From contig JBHLMQ010000006.1 in assembly GCA_048938005.1 (NCBI GenBank), positions 80,072-144,071 of the forward strand: a DNA stretch of 64,000 nucleotides, given 5' to 3'. This document shows, piece after piece, positions 1 through 9,615 of the stretch. Each line of letters starts with the position of its first letter. The stretch's first letter is position 1. Source of the DNA: Promethearchaeota archaeon. Lineage in GTDB: Archaea > Asgardarchaeota > Lokiarchaeia > Sigyniarchaeales > SOKP01. Both the position numbers and the translations under genes were made by a program. A model generated the notes under the pieces. It was given only the letters and a program-made list of their open reading frames with translations, was not told the origin of the DNA and made no database searches.

Positions 1-760
1 ATTTTGCCTCATTCTTATCTATAAAAAACTTTCCGCTTACACCTTCTACTTCAGGAGAAGAAGCAAGATAAATTGAAGTCTTAGCTCCTTCTTCTGGGCT
101 CTTAGCAAGACTAAAGATAATTTTTGTAAAAAATTTAATGATTCCTTTATAATAGCGAGTAATATTGGTCTTTATGAATCCTGGATGAAGACAATTTACT
201 GTAATTCCAGTACCTTTTAACCGCCTAGCAAATTCATATGTGATAAGAATAAGAGCAGTTTTGGATCGAGAATACGCCTTCCATGATCTAAAGTATTTTT
301 TAGATTGAAGTTTTTCAAAATTAATAGATTTGCTTTGCACATTCGATGCAACATTAATTACTCTAGCAGGGCTACTGTTTTTTAGAGTTGGAATTAACAA
401 ATTTGTTAGTAAAAAAGGGGCTAAAGTGTTAATAGCAAATGCTTTTTCAATACCATCCACTGTTTCATATCTTTTACTGGGATTGACTCCTGCATTATTT
501 ATTAGGACATTTAATTTATCATATTTTTTTTTGAAATCTGAAACAAAGTCTCGAATAGATTGCTGTGAAGAAAGATCTGCTAGCATTAATTCAATTAACT
601 CATTTCCACTTTCATTTATTATTTCAAACTGTGCTTCTTCGCCTCGAGATTTATCGCGACAAAGCATTATAATATGTGCTCCTAATTGAGCCAGTCCTAA
701 TGCTGTTGCTTTACCTATTCCTGAATTAGCTCCTGTTACAATACAGATTTTATCTTTCAT
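1..760 (-). CDS. Short-chain dehydrogenase/reductase, retinol dehydrogenase (RDH11-14/WWOX)-like; truncated at the window edge
   Basis: Translated by hand (not in the ORF track): MKDKICIVTGANSGIGKATALGLA..., with TGxxxGxG, NNAG, YSRSK (YxxxK) and LHPGFIKT motifs. Confidence 0.9.
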   Translation of the reverse strand, partial: MKDKICIVTGANSGIGKATALGLAQLGAHIIMLCRDKSRGEEAQFEIINESGNELIELMLADLSSQQSIRDFVSDFKKKYDKLNVLINNAGVNPSKRYETVDGIEKAFAINTLAPFLLTNLLIPTLKNSSPARVINVASNVQSKSINFEKLQSKKYFRSWKAYSRSKTALILITYEFARRLKGTGITVNCLHPGFIKTNITRYYKGIIKFFTKIIFSLAKSPEEGAKTSIYLASSPEVEGVSGKFFIDKNEAK

Positions 761-889
761 GTAATTAGATATTTAGTTACTAAAAACTGTAGTTATTAAA
801 TCCCTAGGTATGAATAAATTAAAATATTTCTGATTTCAAAATGAAGAGAGAAAAATTAAAGATTTTAAATAGGACTCTTAGTGTATTGA

Positions 890-1837
890 TTATTTCCTCG
901 CAGCTTTTCTAACATTCTTTACTATATAACCCCAAAAATTATCTTTATCCAATTTACCATTAAAGTTGATTTTATCTCCTTTTTTAAAACTGTTTTCACT
1001 CTGTAGTTTTTCACTAATTCTCACTTTTAAATTTTCAACATTTTCGATATCTTCTTCACGATAATCACTTGCTTTTTTCAATTTAGGACCAAACTTAATA
1101 TTTTTAAGCGAAGCTATAAAAAATCTTGTTATATTCCCTTGAAATTCAGATTCTCTTTCAAGGATCTCCGTAATTTCACCTTCATATACAGTTATAGATG
1201 AATTAAGAAAATTCATTAATTTGGCGCCCGACGATGTCTCATCGATAAGAACTGCGGCTTCTTGTATTTTCTCAACTTTTTCCCCAACTTGCGCTCCTGC
1301 AAGTTTAATAGTTTTAATTTTTTCTTCAAAATCATCCGGTATAGCAGTTAAAGTCCAATCTTTAAGTTTAAACCAATTTTGTTTTAATGAAAAAATAAAT
1401 CCAATCCAAAAATGACTGCAAAATCCCATATTCGCCCCAATCCGACAATCGCAATCACGCTCAGGATTATCTATATTTTTTGGAGTAATGGATAAAAATG
1501 ATTGTACTTCCCAATTCCACCCTTTAAATAATAACTCAATTTCATGATCATCAGGATTTACTATTTTTATTTCGGCGATACTTTCTCTATTTTCACCATT
1601 AATTTTCTTTATTGCTAAATCAATTCCATTAGATATTATTTCAATTTCTTTTTGTTGTAATAGTTCATTATATTCTTCTTCTGCTAACGAATCAAGAATA
1701 TAATCAATTAATTCCAATTTCTTAAGCTTTGAAAATCCTTTAATTTCAAAATCTCGGCATATTTGTTTCAAATTATCCAAATTTAAGTATTGTAAAAGAA
1801 AATTCAAGTAAGTTCTATTATCTATAGATCTATTCAT
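890..1837 (-). CDS. SWIM zinc-finger protein with N-terminal Rho_N/SAP-like helix-extension-helix and probable C-terminal OB fold
   Basis: CDCRIGANMGFCSH fits CxC-x(n)-CxH; N-terminal LKQICRDFEIKGFSKLKKLELIDYI; C-terminal beta-rich ...FKKGDKINFNGKL. Confidence 0.7.
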   Translation of the reverse strand: MNRSIDNRTYLNFLLQYLNLDNLKQICRDFEIKGFSKLKKLELIDYILDSLAEEEYNELLQQKEIEIISNGIDLAIKKINGENRESIAEIKIVNPDDHEIELLFKGWNWEVQSFLSITPKNIDNPERDCDCRIGANMGFCSHFWIGFIFSLKQNWFKLKDWTLTAIPDDFEEKIKTIKLAGAQVGEKVEKIQEAAVLIDETSSGAKLMNFLNSSITVYEGEITEILERESEFQGNITRFFIASLKNIKFGPKLKKASDYREEDIENVENLKVRISEKLQSENSFKKGDKINFNGKLDKDNFWGYIVKNVRKAARK

Positions 1838-2050
1838 TTTATTTCAAGCCCAATAATTATAAAATACTAATTCTCCAAGAATTATTTTGATTTATTGCTT
1901 ATAATTATAACTGCTGTAAAAATTCTTTCATCATATTATTATTAGAAAATCTAATTGTAGTAAAGCGTGAAAATGATAGGAATCTCCCAAAAAAGTGTAA
2001 TTTAAGCGGGATCAATTTTTTAAATATAAAGAAAGTAAAATAAAAATCGT

Positions 2051-2665
2051 TTAATCTGTCATAGTCCCTCTAACAAGAAAATCTGTCAGATTCTTAATAA
2101 GTTTTTCCTCTTCAAGTTCAAAATCACTCCGAATCCACCAATTAAATACTCCCAGTACTGTAGATGTCCAAACTCTAGCTGTTACACTGGGATTTTGGCT
2201 ACGAGCTCCATATTCTACTAGCTTTAAGATAATTTTTTCTACTTCATCTGTAAACTTATCAATAATCTCATTTCTTTTCGCTCTGTATTTATTATTAATC
2301 CCACCCATTTGTTCAAGAAAAATGAGGAAAGTCTCTTTTTTTGCTTTAAATATCTTTGCATATCCTCGAAAGAGGTTCTTAACAGCAGAGATTGGGGGGA
2401 TTCTATTTTCTTGGAAATAAATGAATAATTCTCTAAACTTCCCGATCATAAGCTCAGCTAATCCACTAATTATGACTTCAAATATTTCCTCCTTACTTTT
2501 AAAATAATTATAAAAATTTCCTACTGAAGTTCCAGCCTTTTTTGTAATATCTTTTATCCGAGTGTTATTAAATCCTTTTTCTTCAAAAACAGAGAGTGCT
2601 GATATTAAATATAGGTTTCTCTTTTCCTTCTTAATTATTTCAGACTTTCTTGCTCTTAAAGACAT
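2051..2665 (-). CDS. TetR/AcrR family transcriptional regulator (FadR-like)
   Basis: HTH segment FEEKGFNNTRIKDITKKAGTSVGNFYNYFKSKEEIF. Confidence 0.92.
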   Translation of the reverse strand: MSLRARKSEIIKKEKRNLYLISALSVFEEKGFNNTRIKDITKKAGTSVGNFYNYFKSKEEIFEVIISGLAELMIGKFRELFIYFQENRIPPISAVKNLFRGYAKIFKAKKETFLIFLEQMGGINNKYRAKRNEIIDKFTDEVEKIILKLVEYGARSQNPSVTARVWTSTVLGVFNWWIRSDFELEEEKLIKNLTDFLVRGTMTD

Positions 2666-2918
2666 TTATAATCATCTCAAAAAATATTATATAATTTATA
2701 TCAAAGCAAAATTCATTAGAAATGTTATTACATGTTAAGAAATTAAGTTAAAATTTATTACTTTTTATTTTTCAAATTTCAATAGGTTTATTAATTTTCT
2801 TACAATTTTTTAATAAAATTCGATTAATGGAAGTAGGAAAATGATGAGAATTATATAAATGTGCTATTTTAATATCTTTTCTAAAATAATTCGTTGTAAA
2901 ATAAAGATAAGGATCTAA

Positions 2919-2936
2919 TGAATGAATATTCATTCA
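2919..2936. promoter_or_regulatory. Perfect 18-bp palindrome, probable TetR (FadR-type) operator
   Basis: TGAATGAAT|ATTCATTCA lies in the divergent intergenic region upstream of the TetR gene; a degenerate second copy TGAATGACGATTC starts at 2939. Confidence 0.75.
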
Positions 2937-3075
2937 GTGAATGACGATTCGGAAAAATCCACCATTGGAAGCGTATGAAAATATTTATATAGTAAAGTAT
3001 CTTTCTTATTAAAAAATAATTATTTAATTAAAAAAACATTTGAATAAAAGATTAACACTAAAGGTGAAAATATAA

Positions 3076-3285
3076 ATGAGTATTCTGAACCCGGATTTCT
3101 TATTAAAGTTTGGCGAGATAAAATTCGCGGAAGAAAATAGTATTCTTATTAATGATTTTGAGCTTTCTTTAAAGAAATATTTATCGACCCGCGATAAAAT
3201 TCCACGAGGACGTTATAAGTTCGGTGAAATTGACAATTCTGCTGTAAAGGATTTTACACGTTCATTTTTGAGTTATTTTGAATAA
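3076..3285 (+). CDS. Small hypothetical protein (69 aa)
   Basis: SD-like AAGGTGA before the ATG, TTTATATA at 2984-2991, T-rich 3' tract; internal repeat KFGEI twice. Confidence 0.6.
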   Translation: MSILNPDFLLKFGEIKFAEENSILINDFELSLKKYLSTRDKIPRGRYKFGEIDNSAVKDFTRSFLSYFE

Positions 3286-3432
3286 ATTTTTAATATTATT
3301 TTTTAACCAACTTAAATAATATTTTTCTTGTTTTTATTTACTTATTTCTGATATTGAAAACATTAATTTAAAGAATGAATTCTTTAAATTTATAATTACT
3401 TTTCTAAAAAATATATTATCAGGTAAATTTAA

Positions 3433-4269
3433 ATGGAATATATGAATGAAATAGAAGAAGTTTTTATTGAAACCAATGGAATTAAACTTCATACTATCAT
3501 TGTTGGATCTGGAGAACCCTTAATCTTACTACATGGCTTTCCAGAGTTTTGGTATTGTTGGTCAAAAGTAATCCCCTTCCTTAAAGACGACTTTAAATTG
3601 ATAATCCCCGATATGAGAGGGTATAATTTATCTGAAAAACCTGAAAGCGTTGAAAATTATAAGGTAGAAATTCTAATAGAAGATATTAAAGGATTGAGTG
3701 AATCATTGAAATTAGGAAAGTTCAATCTTGCGGGACATGATTGGGGAGGTACTGTAGCATGGATATTTGCCGAAAAATATCCTGATCTATTAAATAAGTT
3801 AATTATATTGAATGCTCCACACCATAAAATTTTTCAACATTTATTAAGAACTAATAAAGAGCAGCAAGAAGCAAGTTACTATATTTTTAAGTTTTTAAAG
3901 CCAAATGGAGAGAAGTTCATAATTGAGAATGACTATGAAGCACTGAAAGAAGTAGTATTTACAGAAAGCTTTACTGAGTTTGATAAAGAAAAATACCTTG
4001 AAGCGTGGTCTAAACCTGGGGCAATACTGGGAGGAGTGAATTATTACAGGGCAAATACAAGCTTTAAGCAATGGACAGGTATCATTGAGACACCTACATT
4101 AATACTTTGGGGAATGAATGACATTGCTTTAAAACCTCAATTATTAGATGGATTGTCCGATTATGTTAAAGATTTAAGAATAGAACGTAATGAAGAATCT
4201 TCTCATTGGATTACTCACGACGCTCCTAAATTTGTCTCTTCAAAAATCCGGGAATTCATTCAAAATTAA
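3433..4269 (+). CDS. Alpha/beta hydrolase, epoxide hydrolase type
   Basis: HGFPE oxyanion motif, GHDWGG nucleophile Asp, NYYRAN, WGxxD, SHW. Confidence 0.92.
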   Translation: MEYMNEIEEVFIETNGIKLHTIIVGSGEPLILLHGFPEFWYCWSKVIPFLKDDFKLIIPDMRGYNLSEKPESVENYKVEILIEDIKGLSESLKLGKFNLAGHDWGGTVAWIFAEKYPDLLNKLIILNAPHHKIFQHLLRTNKEQQEASYYIFKFLKPNGEKFIIENDYEALKEVVFTESFTEFDKEKYLEAWSKPGAILGGVNYYRANTSFKQWTGIIETPTLILWGMNDIALKPQLLDGLSDYVKDLRIERNEESSHWITHDAPKFVSSKIREFIQN

Positions 4270-4489
4270 TTATCTTTAGGGAAAACCTTTTTATTTTTAT
4301 TTAAAATATTTTTCATACAAAATCTTTGTAAGATGGCAAAATATATGAGAAGATAACCTGACATTGGATATTATAGAATGAAATCAATAAATTTATAAGT
4401 TTCATTTATTGGTTACAATATAATAAGCTTTGAAAAAATTTTAATTCTTATTTTGAATTCTATCAATTAGATAAAAAAACATATTAAAA

Positions 4490-4957
4490 ATGGAAGAAGA
4501 CAATAAACAATTCTCTTGGACGACAAAACTCGATTGGTTAAATATTTTATCAAAGCTTAACCTAGGGAGTATTAGCCAGATTCCAGAATTCAAAAGGGAT
4601 AAAGCACTCAGAAGAATTACTAAGTTCTATGGTACAGAAGCACTTATGGAATTTGAACCAAATTATTTAGATAAACTTGTTGTAAATGAATTAAAAGAAT
4701 TAATGAAAAAAGAATTACTACTAAATGTGAGAAAACAAGAAAGAATAGAAAAAGACATTCGGAATAAAATAATCCCAATGAAAAGGGGTGGTATTATTAG
4801 GCTTGATCCTAATGATCTTAAAGACTTTAAAGGAGATCCTGAGGAAATTCAGGATATGTTGAAATATTTCTATAAAAAGTTCCTAGGAAAGGACGATGAT
4901 GATAATGATGACGAAAGGGATAATTACAAGGAAGATAATACAGGATATTACATTTAA
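4490..4957 (+). CDS. Hypothetical protein with acidic tail ending in YYI
   Basis: 155-aa ORF with genome-typical codon usage; ends DDDDNDDERDNYKEDNTGYYI. Confidence 0.75.
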   Translation: MEEDNKQFSWTTKLDWLNILSKLNLGSISQIPEFKRDKALRRITKFYGTEALMEFEPNYLDKLVVNELKELMKKELLLNVRKQERIEKDIRNKIIPMKRGGIIRLDPNDLKDFKGDPEEIQDMLKYFYKKFLGKDDDDNDDERDNYKEDNTGYYI

Positions 4958-4999
4958 AAAACTTACTTCTTAAAGTTAATAAAAAATTAATAAAAAAAA

Positions 5000-6604
5000 T
5001 TAATATATTTTACGATTTAACAGCTTTAAATCTACTCGTTTTATCTTTCTATAACTAAAAAAGAAAATTAGATAAATAAATCCCGACCAAATCATCCACG
5101 ATAAAACTTGGTATACATCCATGTTTAAAATATAATTAATAAAATCCTCCAAAACATAAAATCCAAAATCATTCAAATCGCTAGGAAAGTCTACTATTTT
5201 TGGATTCAGATCAATCGCAATAACTTCATGTGTATTATTTTTTAAAGTTTCAAATACGTTAGCTATAGTTAGATTTGTTGGATCAGCTAACCTCACTTTA
5301 ATAAATGTATTTAAATCCTCATTTGAATGAATATCACTACCTCCTATACATGTTAGATTATTATTTAAACAATAAGTCCTTATTTGTTGATATTTAGTAC
5401 TATAACTACCGCCATTTACAATTTCAAATCCATCAATACCCCAATCTCTTAATTGACTTAGATTATATGGAATCCCATATCCTCCATGTGGATTTGGATC
5501 ATAATTATAATGATTTACAGTTATATATCCTCCCTGTGATTTCACATAAGCTATCAAATCAGACGCGTTCATCGCAACCGGTCCTCCAGGAGTATAAGAT
5601 TCAAGTGGTACAATTTCTTCAGCAATCCCAAAATAATTCATATGAATATCATTCTCGTGATCTGTCCATTCTTCTGCTATGAACACAACAAAATTCAATC
5701 CATGTTGAGCTACATAATTTTGAGCCATTGTAGCACCTCTTATATTATCATGGTCAGAAAAAGCAGCCCCTGATATGCCTTGTTGGATGTACCAATGAAT
5801 TCTTTCTTCAACTGTTAACCATCCATCTGAAAATGTAGTATGAACATGAAAATCGAATAAAAATTCATCATCATCGAGTGGTCCTATAGGAACTATTTCG
5901 TGGGGTGTAAAAGGAGTAGAGATTAAAACGATATTACTGCAAATTAGTAAAGCACCAATTCCAAAGTAAAAAATTGTTTCTCGCATTACTCGCTTTTTTA
6001 CTTTCTTTCTTGTTTTTCGGAATAAGGATTTCTTAGATAAGTTAAGTGTAAGGTTTGGATGCAATAATTTGATAATAGTATAAGCTACTTTTATGAAAAT
6101 GAGAATAAGGCTAATATGAAATCCTAATTGAATAGGCACCATAAAATTTCTACTTACAAAGAAATAACCTTGAAAAGCATAACCAATAAGAATGTATATT
6201 CCAATTATCAAAACAGCTAGCATCAACACTTTAAAAGAAAAAGAAATGATATCTGCTAAGGGGTAAGTGATATATCTATATTTCTCTGAATTAAACTTAC
6301 CCCTTCTTTTTAAGTATAAATAAATTCCTCTTAGAATCGGATAAAAAATCAAAAAAAGATACATCCATGTAAATTCATACTCTAAAACATAGGCAATTGC
6401 ATAAAAAGGCTCTATAAAATATCTTTGCACTGGCAATTCACTTGAAAATTCTGACGAAACATCGACTTGTCCAAGAGCATCATAGAATATTACCGTTCTT
6501 TGACCAATGATTGATAAAACAACGAGGAAAACAAGCCATACTAAGAAAGCAACAGAAATAATCGTGAAAAATTTATTATTTTTTATTAAAGATCGAATCT
6601 TCAT
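5000..6604 (-). CDS. Multi-pass membrane protein with PHP-family metallophosphoesterase domain
   Basis: DFHVHTTFSDG, SDHDN, NH, EIVNG, GGSDIH; several N-terminal and one C-terminal hydrophobic helices. Confidence 0.85.
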   Translation of the reverse strand: MKIRSLIKNNKFFTIISVAFLVWLVFLVVLSIIGQRTVIFYDALGQVDVSSEFSSELPVQRYFIEPFYAIAYVLEYEFTWMYLFLIFYPILRGIYLYLKRRGKFNSEKYRYITYPLADIISFSFKVLMLAVLIIGIYILIGYAFQGYFFVSRNFMVPIQLGFHISLILIFIKVAYTIIKLLHPNLTLNLSKKSLFRKTRKKVKKRVMRETIFYFGIGALLICSNIVLISTPFTPHEIVPIGPLDDDEFLFDFHVHTTFSDGWLTVEERIHWYIQQGISGAAFSDHDNIRGATMAQNYVAQHGLNFVVFIAEEWTDHENDIHMNYFGIAEEIVPLESYTPGGPVAMNASDLIAYVKSQGGYITVNHYNYDPNPHGGYGIPYNLSQLRDWGIDGFEIVNGGSYSTKYQQIRTYCLNNNLTCIGGSDIHSNEDLNTFIKVRLADPTNLTIANVFETLKNNTHEVIAIDLNPKIVDFPSDLNDFGFYVLEDFINYILNMDVYQVLSWMIWSGFIYLIFFFSYRKIKRVDLKLLNRKIY

Positions 6605-6661
6605 AATAACTATTTTTATTGAACTTATTAATAAACTTTAAAACAAAGTCAACTGAGGTAA

Positions 6662-7879
6662 CTAATCTAATGGAGCTACTATATAATTGTCTAATGTTGT
6701 TAACGAAGACTCAAATTTTTGGTAAATTTTAATATCTATAATAGGGAATGTATTACAAAGTTTTCTTCTTAAATCTTTTTCGTTAATCTTGCATGATTTA
6801 GAAGGTTTTTTACCTTTTAGAATCAGATATAATACTGGCATTTGAGGGTTAGATGGATGAAGATCATAATTCAGATAATTTATTGAGGATGATAATTTTT
6901 CATTTAAATATGGTTCAATATCATTCTTATTTCTTATTTCAAAATTGAAATTAATTGTTACCCAGAGATATTTTCGATTAATTAAACGAATTTTTTTAAC
7001 TTGTTTTACGAATTTTTCAAATTTTTTTGAAATTTCTACTAAAAAAATACCTCTTTTAAAGGAATTATCTATGGAACATACAGCCTCTGAAGATCCTGGG
7101 TTATATATCCAATCTTCAAGAACAAATTGTTTATGGAAATGACCTAAAGCTAAATAATCAACCCGATGTCGTAAGGGGTGGATATCTTCTAATTTGATGC
7201 CGGAAACATTTTCCATTTGACCTTCGATGCCAAAATGCTGTAAAAGAATGTTAAATAGACCATTATCCTTTATTATCGCCTTTCTTATTCTTGAAAGATA
7301 AGAAATTGGCTGTTCACCAAGATAGCGAGTACCATAAATCATTACATTTTTAACTTGTATTTTACCCCCTTTTTTTGTATTAAAACAAAAAGGCTTAAAC
7401 ATCTCTTCAGAAGGCGCTTCTAAATCAGCATCAAGAAGGATTATCAATCCTAAACTATTTAAAAGTTTTAACCATGACTGACCTCGTCTTTCGAATCTAA
7501 CTCCTCTTGAAAATTTACGGATATCATGATTACCCTCTATTGCTATGATTAAAATAGTTCCATTTGTAAATTCTTTGAAATCCTTCAATATATTAACAAT
7601 TTTAGTTAATTTTCCTGGTAAGATTTCTAATGAAGTAAATACATCTCCACCTAATAAAATAAAATCAACATGATGCTTAATTGCTAATTCTAATATTTCT
7701 TGGAAAGCTTGAATAAAATCATTTGATCTATAATCGTTGCGATATTGAGCAGCGCCGAGATGTATATCACTGGCATGAATAAATTTAACCGAATCATGGT
7801 TTGTATATTTTAGAACTATTGAATTTCCTAATTTCGTTTCAAAACAGTTCTCGATTGTCATAAATAAAAAATGGTTCAA
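6662..7879 (-). CDS. mre11: Mre11/SbcD-family nuclease (start codon uncertain)
   Basis: Phosphoesterase motifs SDIHLG, GGDVF, GNHD, LGHFH, YNPGS. Confidence 0.8.
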   Translation of the reverse strand: MNHFLFMTIENCFETKLGNSIVLKYTNHDSVKFIHASDIHLGAAQYRNDYRSNDFIQAFQEILELAIKHHVDFILLGGDVFTSLEILPGKLTKIVNILKDFKEFTNGTILIIAIEGNHDIRKFSRGVRFERRGQSWLKLLNSLGLIILLDADLEAPSEEMFKPFCFNTKKGGKIQVKNVMIYGTRYLGEQPISYLSRIRKAIIKDNGLFNILLQHFGIEGQMENVSGIKLEDIHPLRHRVDYLALGHFHKQFVLEDWIYNPGSSEAVCSIDNSFKRGIFLVEISKKFEKFVKQVKKIRLINRKYLWVTINFNFEIRNKNDIEPYLNEKLSSSINYLNYDLHPSNPQMPVLYLILKGKKPSKSCKINEKDLRRKLCNTFPIIDIKIYQKFESSLTTLDNYIVAPLD

Positions 7880-8037
7880 TTTTTTATGTACAATTAATAA
7901 TTATATCAGAACCAGCTTTTTAAGTAATAAAAGTCTAAAAAAGTAGTGAAGAGTAAGTAACTGAAATTACAAACAAAATTATTATTATTTTTAAAATTAT
8001 TCGACTTACTATAATCTAAATCTATTTGAAAATCAAA

Positions 8038-8613
8038 ATGGAAAGTGAAGAATCTAAGTACGAAATTGGTGTGATTCATGGAAGATTCCAAGTTTTGCAT
8101 AATGACCATATAAAATATCTTCTAGCGGGTAAAAAATTATGCAACCATCTTATAGTGGGTATTACAAATCCAGATCCTTCCTTAACAAGAGATTCAGAAG
8201 CAAATCCTCATAGGAGTACTCCCATAGCGAATCCATTAACTTATTATGAACGTTATATAATGGTACAAGATGCACTAATAGAGCAAGGTTTAAAATTTCC
8301 GGAGTTTTCCATTGTGCCATTCCCAATAAATATTCCAGACCTTATTAAATATTATGTCCCAATCAACGCTATTTTCTTTCTAACTATATATGATGATTGG
8401 GGTCGTCTAAAAAAGAATTTTTTAGAATCATTAGGGTTGAAAATTCATGTTCTATGGGAAGTAACTCTCGAGAATAAAGGACTTAGCTCAAGTGATATTC
8501 GTGAAGCCATGATTCAAGGTAAACAATGGGAACAGTTCGTACCAATAAGTGTGGCAAGACTTATGAAAGAATGGAATATAATTACTCGTCTTAAAAAATT
8601 AAGTCGATTATAA
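8038..8613 (+). CDS. Cytidyltransferase-like nucleotidyltransferase (NMN/NaMN adenylyltransferase-like)
   Basis: HGRFQVLHNDH (HxGH variant), NPLTYYER, SSSDIR. Confidence 0.85.
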   Translation: MESEESKYEIGVIHGRFQVLHNDHIKYLLAGKKLCNHLIVGITNPDPSLTRDSEANPHRSTPIANPLTYYERYIMVQDALIEQGLKFPEFSIVPFPINIPDLIKYYVPINAIFFLTIYDDWGRLKKNFLESLGLKIHVLWEVTLENKGLSSSDIREAMIQGKQWEQFVPISVARLMKEWNIITRLKKLSRL

Positions 8614-8724
8614 ACATAAAAATTATACTAAGATTAATTTGTTTAATTTATAACCAAATCTGAATATTAACAAATAATTATTAATATTAATTGAACCATA
8701 TAAAAATTAAATTAAACGTTACTG

Positions 8725-9459
8725 GTGGTATCAATAGTTTTATTTCAGAATCCTATTACACGAATTATATTAGTTTACGTAATTCAAGGAATTATGCTGA
8801 TTTTTTTTTCCTCACTGGCTTACCAAATAGTAAGAAGAAGAAGACAACGCTTAAATCTAATATTTAGTGGATTCTTTATAAGTATGATTATTGCTTTTAT
8901 TCTCAATATGATTTATTTCGTTATCAACGTCGAATATGAGGAAATCGTTATATTTCTTCATTTTTTATCTTGGTTCTTTGTAACTTTTGGATTAATTTTT
9001 ATTTTAATTGTAAATATGATAATATTAGAATCAACTATTATCTTCTCAGTAAAAAGGCAAAATAGATATATTTTATTATTTGGACTATTACATTTCTTTG
9101 GGATGTTAATAATTTTATTAGTTTCCAACGGAGTTTCGATAAATCCACAAGGATATCCAGTTTGGAAACTGCAATTTTTTATTTATATGGCGTCAATCGT
9201 AACTGTGTTTGAAATTATTCCAATAATTTATACTATGTGGAAAATATATATTAGCTTTGAAACCAAAGAATTGAAGAGGAGATGGCTCTATTATTTAATA
9301 GGCTCATTAGGCTTAATTATTTGTAATTTATATTCGATAATGATATCACATTTATTGAATATTGCTGAATTTAGGGATTTTATAATGATATTAGGGGTTT
9401 CAGTTCTATTATGGGTTTCTTTGATGTATTATGGAATTGGTGCGAAATTAAAAAAATAA
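8725..9459 (+). CDS. Stand-alone seven-transmembrane protein
   Basis: Seven hydrophobic segments counted by eye, with basic loops RRRRQR, KRQNR, KRR; no soluble output domain. Confidence 0.75.
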   Translation: MVSIVLFQNPITRIILVYVIQGIMLIFFSSLAYQIVRRRRQRLNLIFSGFFISMIIAFILNMIYFVINVEYEEIVIFLHFLSWFFVTFGLIFILIVNMIILESTIIFSVKRQNRYILLFGLLHFFGMLIILLVSNGVSINPQGYPVWKLQFFIYMASIVTVFEIIPIIYTMWKIYISFETKELKRRWLYYLIGSLGLIICNLYSIMISHLLNIAEFRDFIMILGVSVLLWVSLMYYGIGAKLKK

Positions 9460-9544
9460 AAGGTTCCCCTGTGTTTATTAAAATAAATAGTATATATACT
9501 AATTAATGTTTCACGATCTTTTTATTTATTTCATGTAAAAGAAT

Positions 9545-9559
9545 CGAAAACCTTATAAA
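9545..9559 (+). promoter_or_regulatory. Archaeal BRE-TATA promoter candidate
   Basis: CGAAAA-CC-TTATAAA about 57 nt upstream of the ATG at 9616. Confidence 0.55.
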
Positions 9560-9615
9560 GACTTATATGAAGTATTAATTAGTATTTAAAGAATTCATCA
9601 CTCCACAAATTTACT

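Noticed and set aside
330-689. Plus-strand 119-aa ORF, and the many other short ORFs antisense or nested in long genes (e.g. 11494-11805, 19506-19877, 30203-30676, 46239-46649, 52549-52950)
   Set aside because: They overlap well-supported CDS, lack recognisable motifs and look like shadow frames.
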